64,000 nucleotides of DNA from Eutreptiella sp. 'Long Island Sound 2002'. Taxonomy: Eukaryota; Protista; Euglenida. The position numbers and the translations under genes are program-made. The DNA is taken from assembly GCA_964036045.1 (NCBI GenBank), contig OZ038378.1:2790001-2854000 (forward strand), given 5' to 3'. A model generated the notes under the pieces. That model ran no database searches. It had not been told where the DNA came from and saw only the letters and a list, made by a program, of their open reading frames with translations. Shown here piece by piece: positions 24,354-34,851 of this stretch (positions are counted from its first letter, which is position 1; every line of letters starts with the position of its first letter).

Positions 24354-26730
24354 AACATTCCCACTAGGACTACTCAAAACACCAAGCCGTGCAAGCTTGC
24401 TCCCTCAATCATAGGTTGAAGGTGACAGCCGGTGCAATGTCAGCCCGGTGTGCACACAAATAATAGTAACACTAAATGTTGCTGAAAGTCGGCAATGTGC
24501 ACTAAATGTAACAATCGGGTGGTGCTGTTTATGTGTGTGGGTAAGACACTCTTTAGGGGCATAATTTTGGGGAATAGGCATAATGGGTGCATGCATATGC
24601 ACAAAAGTTTTACATTGCAATGAGTTGTCTCCCTTTGTCTGAGCAGCTCAACATGTCAATGAATTCGCTGGAGCAGGGTAGTGGTGTCTTCTATCGAGAC
24701 ACTGCAAACAAGCGTGTGCCTGCCACCGTTGTGAGCCCATCATCCACCCCAGACTGTGTGGCAATCCAATAAGAACGGTCTGGCCATTCCTAGCTGTATC
24801 GCAGTGCCCACCGGGCCACCTCATGTTCCCCAACTCACCTGATGAGTTTTCCTTGGAGGGAGTACCGGACGCAGTGCACACGTGGACCGCGTGTGGTGCT
24901 TATACTAGGGTTCCAGCATGAAGCAGTTGTGTTAATTTAGAGGGTAATGCATGCAACATGTAATGACAATGCAAAGCACGATTGCGATGGTTAAACGTTG
25001 CAGACGATTCGTTATTCAAAGTGACATTGATCATTGAATGTTGAAGGTTGTATTTGAATGAAGCATTCGGTTGTCCAATGAAACGTGGGGGAAAATTGAT
25101 TCAATGGTATGTTGTATGTGATAGTGGCATAGCCATAAATAATGGGAACACGGTTAAGCTAAAGCCAAATGGTGACATCTAGCATGAAACAGTGGATGTA
25201 TCCTTATACACGTGGCATACACGAGCAAAATCTAGTTGTTGGCAATCTCAATGTGCATTGAAACAACCCTTTGTGGCAGAATGCACACCGTCTTGTGTAA
25301 CGTCATCATCTGCTTTCCGGGAGCGGAAAGAGATACTGAAGCAGGGACAAATGGGAAGGCTGTGCCTTTTGGATGCATCAACTGCATAAATGCCACATTG
25401 TTGAAGGTAGAAAGTGGAATTGTGCACGGAAGGGGATGGTGTTACCAAAGTGAACAATGAAAGTGCGATAATAAAGCAAGTGGCATCAATATGTGGGCTC
25501 ACGACAGTGAAAGGTGAAACAAACACTTTACGAAAAATTGCGTTGGTGGTGTGGAGCTGCATGCAACGGAAAAGAGCAACCATGCCTGGAAGGTCCATTG
25601 ATGAAAAATTTGGGCCCCCACAGCCCCTTTCCCAACTTCCCAACCAGCTTGGTCCCAATATTCAGTCTTGATTAGGACTCGCATTACGGTGAGGGTTAGG
25701 GGTTTGCCCTCGGAGTACCCTTACTAGGAGTACCCTTACTATAAGTAAGTGTCCCCCTCCACTTCTCTTGCGCCCTCCCCCCCCTCCCCTGGCCAAGGTC
25801 GGTGACAGAGACCTGCTTGGTTGACCTCTGACCTCATCCCTCCCCCACACCCTCCACCCCTTGGTGACAGGTGTGAGAACGGCGATTGGCCGAGTGTGGC
25901 CAGCAAAAGCACGCCCACCCAGATTGCAGGAGGAGCCACAATGGAACACAACATGTACGCCACGCCCCAGGCTCAGTCCACCAAACTCCATGACCTGGTG
26001 TTAATGTCTAGAACCAAAGAGCCCAGCACTCTTACCCCATTCAGGGAGGACAGGGAGCGGCACAATGGAACTGAAGCCAACAATTGACTATCGCACTGCA
26101 ATGGAACTGAGATGGTGATGAAGGCCATGTGAAGGCAGGGGCGGGTCAAGTTGCGGGTCCACAGCTGACCTTTGCACCCCCCCCTCCTGGCCCTTGGGAC
26201 AGTCCCCCACCCACCCCCGCCCCTGCCTCCGCCTCCCCGCCTCCCCCCTCCATTGAAACCTGTGATGTTCCTGGATTGCTTTTTGGGGTCCCTGTCAATT
26301 GAGCCCTTTTGGGGGGGGGTTGAGCATGTCTTAACTTTGAAACTGTGAGTGGACACCTGGTGTGAAGCCAGAGGGTGACAACCAGCCTCAGATTCGGCCA
26401 AGGGGCTCTATTGACCCCCCAGCCCCCTAGTCAAAGTTAATCCACCCCCTAAACGCCATGGGTGTGTGGCATGTCGTGTTGCTCTGCAATCAGGTAGGGT
26501 TAATGTAATGTTCACTGATTCTGCATTTGCTGGCTAGTGTTGCAAATGCTGACCGGGGGCCATCGCCATTCTTGCACCCTGGCTCACCCTTGCTCGCCCC
26601 TACTCGCCCTTACCCACCCCAACTCACCCTTACTGAACCTCTCTCCCCCTCACGCAAGCTCAATTAGTGCAGGGTTCAGAGCATACAAAATCAATGACCC
26701 AGGTACTTTCGTTCTGCTGTAGCCAGTAAA

Positions 26731-27702
26731 ATGGCCTCCGCTGCTGTTGGTGGGTCCGGGCGAATTGACGTGTCCAGGCCACGGTATCCGCAGGACACTT
26801 TCACGGGGCGACTGAAGCACATGTTCAGCACGACCAATCCTCTGTTGGTCTTTACGTCGTCTACCAAATTGTACGAAGCCAAGGCCATTGTTGATGCATA
26901 CAAAAAGAAGGAAGAGCCGGCTGGCGTCACGGAGGAGCAAATCTGGCAGGCCAAAACCCTCGTGGATTCGGCTTTTCACCCGGACACCGGGGAGCTCAAC
27001 AACGCGGTGGGGCGCATGTCCTTCCAAGTGTGGGGCAACATGACCATCACGGGAATCATGTTGGCATTTAACACGGACTTCCGCATGGTCATCTTGTCGC
27101 AGTGGTTGAATCAGTCCTTTAACGCCTTCGCCAATTACACCAACCGGAACGCCAGCTCCACCCTCTCGACGTCGACACTTCTGAAGTCCTACGTGCTTGC
27201 GACATCGGGGGCAGTCACGGCGGCCCTTTCGCTCAACCACTTGATTGCATCGAGCGCGACGTTGAGTAAGGGACGGCATCTGCCCCGATTTGTGCCAATT
27301 ACGGCCATTGGCATTGGCAACTGCATCAATATTCCTCTCATGCGAAGCTCGGAGCTTGCCAACGGCATCCTCGTGAAGGATGCCAACGGGAAGGAGGTGG
27401 GGAAGAGCAAGGATGCTGCCAAGCAGGCCATTACCAAGGTTGTTTTCTCCAGGATTGCGATGGCGGTCCCATCCCTTGTGCTGCCCTTCTATATTCTGGA
27501 GCCCTTTGAAAAGCCAGGACGGTTGTTGCACAAGCATCCCGCTTTGAGGCCCGTGGGCATGACTTTGATCGCGGGGGCTTGCTTGTCGTTTGCAACACCA
27601 TTTGCTTGTGCAATTTTCCCGCAAGAAGACAGCATGAAAACCAAAGGAACAGATTTGGATGGCTGTGGTACTGATGTGGTCTACTTTAACAAGGGGTTGT
27701 AG
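26731..27702 (+). CDS. SFXN: Sideroflexin (mitochondrial Mtc/SFXN amino-acid/tricarboxylate carrier family), intronless, 323 aa
   Basis: N-terminal RIDVSRPRYPQDTFTGRLKHMF, GRMSFQV, QWLNQSFNAFANYTNRN and C-terminal VYFNKGL are characteristic sideroflexin motifs; full length. Confidence 0.95.
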   Translation: MASAAVGGSGRIDVSRPRYPQDTFTGRLKHMFSTTNPLLVFTSSTKLYEAKAIVDAYKKKEEPAGVTEEQIWQAKTLVDSAFHPDTGELNNAVGRMSFQVWGNMTITGIMLAFNTDFRMVILSQWLNQSFNAFANYTNRNASSTLSTSTLLKSYVLATSGAVTAALSLNHLIASSATLSKGRHLPRFVPITAIGIGNCINIPLMRSSELANGILVKDANGKEVGKSKDAAKQAITKVVFSRIAMAVPSLVLPFYILEPFEKPGRLLHKHPALRPVGMTLIAGACLSFATPFACAIFPQEDSMKTKGTDLDGCGTDVVYFNKGL

Positions 27703-28230
27703 GCCAGGGCACAGGTGACTGCAGCTGCTGCCAGTGGCCACCATTGTTATGGAGCTGCCTGCCTGATTGATCTGTCGCCTGTTTGCAATCACAGAGTTGA
27801 AGGCAAGTGCAGAGTTTCGCCTGTTCCTCCACAGATTGGGACCTCCTGGGGACACCCTCCCAGCACACCTTGTTACACGTTGTGCATGTCTATCTGAAAT
27901 CTTCCAGCAGATGGAGCAGTTGGCAGAGTTTGCTTCAACATGCATCTCGTAACCTCATTCCCATGTGCTTTAGCCACGGTGCACAGGGCGCCACGGTCGT
28001 CCAGAAGCCATAAGGCCAACGATCTTCCCACCTGCTCCTGACGCTACCTCTCGTGCATGGGGATATCAAATGGATACTATCCAAAGGTTTGGGCTTTTCC
28101 TGAATGGATGACTGCCTAACATATGTGCAGCCCACTGCAGGCACTGGTGTGTGCTTCAGGGCGCTGTCCACTGAGGGGGCATTGCTATGCAAGGTGCACG
28201 TGGAGCCCCACCCGTGTCCAACGAATGCAT

Positions 28231-28717
28231 TGTCCAACGAACACTTCCGTTCGGACCGTGTTTTTTTGGGGACCTAATTAATAAGGTATCAGGTTTCAGA
28301 ACCGAGGTTTCAGACTAAAGGATTGGAAAAATGAGGGGCTGTTGTGATGCATCTTGCAGTAAGGCAGGGCATGGGGTGTGGGGTTTGTGACATGTTTTTG
28401 ACAACCTGTGATTTGGTGGAGGACAGAGCTGTATCGTCAAATCTGTCCGTCCCCAAGGTGCCTGAGCCGGATGTGGCAGCCACTTCTGCCTGTGCCAAGA
28501 GCCGGGGGAGCATGTTCATCTTTTCAGGATGAAGCGGGACTGCACCAAGGGCTTCTACTCTGAAACGGTGCTCGTTGGAAGCCTCCATTGCATTGTGCTT
28601 TGAATGGGCTGGGTATCTTTTGCCTAGGGATGGGTTACTGGAGTTTGACAACATTGTTGGGCGCACCGAACAGCGTGTCCAATGAACACTCCTGTTCGGA
28701 CCGTAGTTTTTGAGGAC
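28231..28717. mobile_element. Element bounded by hairpin-containing direct repeats (family D, related to family A)
   Basis: TGTCCAAYGAACACTYCYGTTCGGACCGT..TTTT.G.GGAC at 28231-28273 and 28676-28717; followed by a poly-G run. Confidence 0.6.
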
Positions 28718-30517
28718 TTTATTGTTCGCTGGACACCTGGGGGGGGGGGGGGTGCAGGACAGAGCAAGTCTTCCCCACTTTGGGGGCCCCAATATGGCAG
28801 TAGTTATGTAGTGATTGGGGTTCTTCCCACCTGTGGGACACTGATATGGCAGAGTTATCCTCTCATTTTGAGAGGAACTGTTCTGTGTCAATAGTCTAGG
28901 GAAAATTTGCAAAAGGATTACCAAAGGGGAGGGGGGGCTGGCAAATAGCTACATGCTCCCGGCTATATAGGGTCGCAAGTAGCAGGGAGGAGACATGGCT
29001 GCTTAAACTGTGCCATATTGCAGTCCCCGGCATGCAGAGGAGAGAAAACACCACATAAGTCTTGAGTAGTGTCCCCAAAGCTGGGTGAACACAGATGGCT
29101 ACATGTGCTTTATTGTGGTCCGCAAGACAGGGAGAAGACAGGTTACATAACCCCAGCCATCCCAGCATGCCCAAAATGGGGAGGAGACATGGCCACATCC
29201 ATGTCACCAAAGCAGGGAGCAGGAAAATGGCACCCCTGTCGTACTAGGTGCCCATGGGAGGGGGGAGTTGTGGATACGTCACATTGGTGTCCTCAAGGGT
29301 GCACACCCCTACTGTATTTGAGTTCTCAGAAGATGGGGATTGGTCAGGAGTCGATAGGTAGTCAGGTCTGTCCTGCTCCGGCAGATTTTGATTTTTCATC
29401 CATTGAACGACAAAACCCAGCTACACCATCCAAACTGTCATCACACGGGAAGTCATCCCTGAACGTGATGTTGCTCAATGTGCTTCCGCCACAGAGGCTG
29501 TCGTGCAGACAGCATAAGCACACCTTAATCTGCACAGCTCTTTGAACTATTGGGCAGCAGTTGGCAGACCCATGGGGCCAGATCTCATCAAAATCATGAT
29601 GGTCATCGCTTGGGACATGTATCCGGTGCTCTGCCCCCCATCCCGTTTGATCCATCACGTCTCATGCAAGACATGTTCATTGCAATTGTCTGCCTATTTG
29701 CTTTCATTAGATCTGTGGATTGTTTACTGCACCCCTCAAAAGGGTCCTTCAGGCCTCTAGTTGGGTGCTAAGAGGGAGTTGCACGCACCTTGCAAAGTTT
29801 CGATATATGCGTTTTCATGGGCACTGTTTCCCCCTGCTTCCAAGCTCAAAGGCACCAGGTTAAAAATCCCCCTGCAAGGCAGAAACAAACGCCAGGTATC
29901 ATTCAAAGGCCTCTGGGGACCATCCACAAGCATTTTGGAACACCCGCCATAGTGGTTTGCGGTGGGCCTCTTCTGTGGGTGAAATCTCCAGAAACATCAG
30001 AAAGGTGCCGCACCGTGCAACAACACCCTCCAAAGCTAATACACCGTGCCGCAAGGTGTTTGTTCATCATATAGATTGGCTCCATGGACTTCCTAGATAC
30101 CCAGACCACCACCACAATGGTGTTTTTTGGTCATTTTTGACAGATTTTGAAACCGGGGTCAGCCACCTGCGACACTTGTTCCCGGCTGCTACTGTTGAGT
30201 GCTCAGACTTTGTGTGATCTTCACACCGAAAGGTATCATCCAGCAAAATCACCTCGAAGAGAGGTTGGTAGATCAAGCGCAGGCGCGAGCGTCGTTAACC
30301 CCCCCCCCCTTTTGGGGGTCGTTCGCCTAGCATACCCCAATGTATGGTTTCTGACGTCTAACCCCTTGTAAAATCATCATTTTAGGGCCAAGAATGATCC
30401 CCCAATCATTTTTGGATTTTGATCCCCGTACCCCCCGGCACCTGGGCACTCCTCTTTTAGGGGTTGGGTGGGGGGATGGGGGTGGGGGTTGGGGTTGGGG
30501 GGTCAAAGGGGGAGCGT

Positions 30518-31212
30518 TAGCGCGCCGGGCACGCGCCAGGCATCTTTTTTGACCCGTGCCCCACTTTTGACCTTTTAGGGGGTGCACTAAGCGCAGTGCG
30601 CACGCAGCGCAACTATTTGGACGTCTAGCCGTCCTAGAACCCCATACTTTGTGATACTATGGGCATTATTGTTGTTTGACAACGGGTATTTTGATGCTTC
30701 TTTCACATTCAGGATATTGTATATTTGGATTCTCACCCAGTTTCACCAAATTTCTTCCATTTTTTGCTCGTTTCCACCACATCCACTCCTTACTAGGTTG
30801 ATTTCTCCCCACCATGGGGACCCCAAGAAAGCAGGGGTAATGTAGCCATATTGATTTCTCCCCACCATGGGGACCCCGAGAAGGCAGGGGTGATGTAGCG
30901 AATACTGAGTTTGCGCTTCGTTCTTGTGACGTCAGGCAGAAACGCCGTCCAAACCGCTTGCGGCTTGGGGACTCATTACCATAGCGAAATCTATGGGAAA
31001 GGTAAAGGCAAAGCACCGTTTGTTAAGAACAATACAAATGACATTTGGAGTTGTTGAATTCACAGCTATTGTCTAATTATGCACCGTGCTTTGTAGGGAA
31101 GGTGCGCAGTACATCATGGTCTATTTGGGGGGCCTTCTCCATCAGAGGGTAAATCTCGGGCTGAAGTTGGGATAGTTAAGAGAAAGGTAGCGCGCCGGGC
31201 GCGCGCCGGGCA
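30518..31212. mobile_element. Family B direct-repeat element, copy 2
   Basis: GCGCGCCGGG-type repeats at both ends; near-identical to 31655-32279 over ~650-700 bp. Confidence 0.75.
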
Positions 31213-31654
31213 AACATTCCCCCAAAACTTCTTTGCTTATTGTGGCCGCTATGTGTGTATTTGGACCTGGGTCCCGAAGAACTTTTTTCTTGTATATGGA
31301 CCCCCTGACCCATGGTGGGGTCTTGGGTCCCAACTCCAGGTACCCGTAGTCGCCCCCCCCCCCCCCCCACCCACCCCCCATATGGCCCCTTGCCAGTGAG
31401 GACTTAGCCGTTTTCACACTGGATAGGTTGTTTAGTGACATGTGAAAGTTTTTTGAAACACGGGTTTTCATGAAAACCTTCCGTTGCCCCTAGGATGCTT
31501 TTGGGTGATCATGTGGTGACAATACGGGTACCCGAGCACCCATGGGGACCCACGTAGTGGCCGCTAGGCCGGTGTAGCCCGTGTCATGGGCCCTCTGAAA
31601 GCCCCAAAATCATGTCCCGAGTGCTATTGTGTAGGCTGTTTAGAGGGGGAGCGT

Positions 31655-32279
31655 TAGCGCGCCGGGCATCTTTTTTGACCCGTGCCCCACTTTTGACCTT
31701 TTAGGGGGTGCACTAAGTGCAATGCGCGCGCAGCGCAACTATTTGGACATCTAGCCGTCCTAGAACCCCATACTTTGTGATACTATGGGCATTATTGTTG
31801 TTTGACAACGGGTATTTTGATGCTTGTTTCACATTTGGGATATGGTATATTTGGATTCTCACCCAGTTTCACCAAATTTCTTCCATTTTTTGCTCGTTTC
31901 CACCACTCCTTACTAGGTTGATTTCTCCCCACCATGGGGACCCCCAGAAGGCAGGGGTGATGTAGCAAATACTGAGTTTGCGCTTCGTTCTTGTGACGTC
32001 AGGCAGAAACGCCGTCCAAACCGCTTGCGGCTTGGGGACTCATTACCATAGCGAAATCTATGGGAAAGGTAAAGGCAAAGCACCGTTTGTTAAGAACAAT
32101 ACAAATGACATTTGGAGTTGTTGAATTCACAGCTATTGTCTAATTATGCAACGTGCTTTGTAGGGAAGGTGCGCAGTACATCATGGTCTATTTGGGGGGC
32201 CTTCTCCATCAGAGGGTAAATCTCGGGCTGAAGTTGGGATAGTTAAGAGAAAGGTAGCGCGCTAGGCGCGCGCCGGGCA
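31655..32279. mobile_element. Family B direct-repeat element, copy 3
   Basis: High-identity direct copy of 30518-31212, lacking one satellite monomer. Confidence 0.75.
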
Positions 32280-33879
32280 AACATTCCCCCAGAGACACTT
32301 GAAAAATCACCTGGCAGAGGTTTTTTTTTATCAAAGCCAGGCAGGAGTATACAGGGGAAAACGCCACATACCCCCCCATTTTGGGCCATTTTGGGCCTAT
32401 TTGTGTACCCTCCCCCAAGGGGTTGAATTGTTAGTTTAAGCCCTTGTAAAATCATTTTTTTTTTTTGCAATAAACACATCCCCCAATGAGTTTTTGTTCC
32501 AGACCCCCCCAAGACCCCCCCCCCCCTTCAAACCGACTTTTTTGAGGTGGTGAGGGAGGTGGGGGGGGGATGGGGGGATGGGGGGTGGGGGGGCTGGTCA
32601 AAAAATGACCCCCCTTTTTTTTGGGTTGAAAACCATGAATCTTTTGGTTTTTTCGGTTTTGAGCCGAAAAAGTGTTTCCGGGTCCCGACTCCATGGGGTT
32701 TGTATGGGGCGCAGTGGGACGAGGGCTCATGCAATTTACGCACTTTTCAGCCATTTTTGCTATGTTGGCGGCTTTGGCGACCTTGGTGACCCCGCGCTAC
32801 CCCCTCTGAGGGGTGTGAGTGGGGATGTTGTGACAGACAGTATATGCCTACTAGGATATGAAAGGACGTTTTTTGCCGTCTGTAGCCTTGCTGAGGGCCG
32901 TTCAAAACCCGTGCCAAAGACGCGAAATGACTGTTTCCACCAATAATGGCCTAGTGAATGGGCCGGTGCACAACCCGCTTATGCAGTTTTTCACCCTGGG
33001 CAGCTCAAAAATCAAAGTTTTCAAAACTTTTTTTTCATACACTGATCACTTAAAATGACCATCTAAGCTATGTAAAGCATGTTTTAGGCCGTATTCAAGT
33101 TTTTCTCACCCTATTTGGGTATTGGGCGCTAGGGGGGGGTGTCCAAACGGGATTGGTACACATTTTGCTAATGCAATTTTTCACCCAGGATAGCTCAAAA
33201 ATCAAAAATTTCAAAACCCAGCCCATGGGCAATCCCTCGTAAAGATGATTCCCTCCCCCCTCCCCAAGGGTTCAGCTCTTCAAAATGCAGTATTCACTCA
33301 AAACGAAGTGGCACACTGAGGCTGCTTCTCAGTGGCGTTGGACAGGAGCCAAGATGTATCACTTGAATCATTTGATGATGTTTCCATGACTTCCTCACCT
33401 GTATTCTGTGAGTATTTTCGGGTGTGTCATGGGCCGTTGATCTGTGCTGCCCTGCTCTCTACTGTTACTTATCCGCCCAATACAGCGAGGGGAGATTTGC
33501 ATGGGCCATGTTCCTTTGGGGGTGTGACGAAAGCCTCGCATGCGGCCCAATGCTGTTCAAGGGGGTCACAAGCTAACTCCAGGAAAGTGGCTGGCTGCAA
33601 CTTGATTGTGGATGCAAGCAGAACATGTCGCCACGGAGCTTGAATGGAGGGAAGTTCAATGCAAAAGAAGGTACAACCGCACCGCATGGTTTGTGGAGAG
33701 TACCTCCAAGAAAAATCACATCCCTACAGGGGGAATGCCTTGCCTGCAGTGTGCCCGCAGTGCAAAGTTTGGTATGTCGGCAAATACTCAAATCCTAGTT
33801 TTGGCCCTTTTTCACAAGTTTGTTGTTCCATAACTGGGTTTTCAAAGCTTCTGGTCCATTTGGGATGTGCCATATTTTA

Positions 33880-34052
33880 CTTGTCACCCCCGAGAAGGCA
33901 AGGGTAAGGTAGCCACTTTTGATTTTGTCCCCTTTGTTGGGGACCCCCGAGAATGCAAGGGTTGCATAGCACTTCCGCCCTCTTTTGGGTCCCCAAGAAG
34001 GCACAGGTGAGGTAGCCACTTCTGATTTTGTCCCCTTTGTTGGGGACCCCCG
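33880..34052. repeat. Satellite monomers (same family as 10850-11440)
   Basis: TTCTGATTTTGTCCCCTTTGTTGGGGACCCCC motifs. Confidence 0.8.
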
Positions 34053-34507
34053 TGAATGATGGCACCTACAAGGGCCGCATCCAAACTGCCGTGCCATTTA
34101 TTGGTAGTAAGAAATTGAGTGACAGCCAACAAGAACATAATGATGTGCATGGTTTCTATTGCGCAGTGGTGGAACACCTCTTTGCACGCCTTTGGCATTG
34201 GAAGAGTGTCCGCAATGTGTGGATGGGTTCTGCCAGAGATTTGCACCAGCATATCCATGTTTTGCTGCACTTCACACAGTTTTGTATCAGGAGACAAACT
34301 AGGTATCAGCCCTATGGGCCTCGGCCTCATGTGCCTGAGTCTGTGTGGGCTCAACAAGATGCTCCAGAAGATGATGAGGAAAATGATGACGGTGTTTGTT
34401 GTCAACTATATGCTCACTGTCATAAATATGTTTCGGAGTGTGGCATATGTCATTTGAACATGTGCCCCTCTTGTATGCCTTTGCATAGTTGCAGTTTGGA
34501 TTTGTAA
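34028..34507 (+). pseudogene. Cys-rich (B-box-like) protein C-terminal fragment, paralog of 23836-24168
   Basis: Shares HFTQFCIRRQ.R..PYGP..HVP..VW, an acidic linker and a terminal Cys cluster. Confidence 0.45.
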
Positions 34508-34851
34508 CTGTAAGAACAACAGATTTCACACATCTCAGAATCAGATTGTTATGTTGTGTTGTTGCGTCCGCATGCTTGATGTTTCCTCCCTCCTTCTCCT
34601 TTGGGTGGTCTTTGATACATGTGCCCGCAGTGCGCCCGCAGTGCCCTTGCCGTGCACCCGCAGTGTGTCCGCAATGCAAAGTTTGGCCCAGTGCAAGCAG
34701 GAGTGGAACGGCCAGCCAGTGCCAGTGTGCACCCGCCAATACCTGGCAGTCTTGTTGGTTGGGTCTTTTGAGTGCCACACGAAGGACTTGGATGTGCAGA
34801 CCTCAACCATTCAAACCCCTTTTCAGTGCTCTTCTTCCGTGCACGGACACC

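Noticed and set aside
26650-27945. 431-aa minus-strand ORF
   Set aside because: Antisense shadow of sideroflexin.
34817-34839. Possible SL relic (CTTTTCAGTGCTCTTCTTCCG) before ATG 34852
   Set aside because: Weak gapped match; equally explained as a TTTTCAG splice acceptor, and the gene has an intron.
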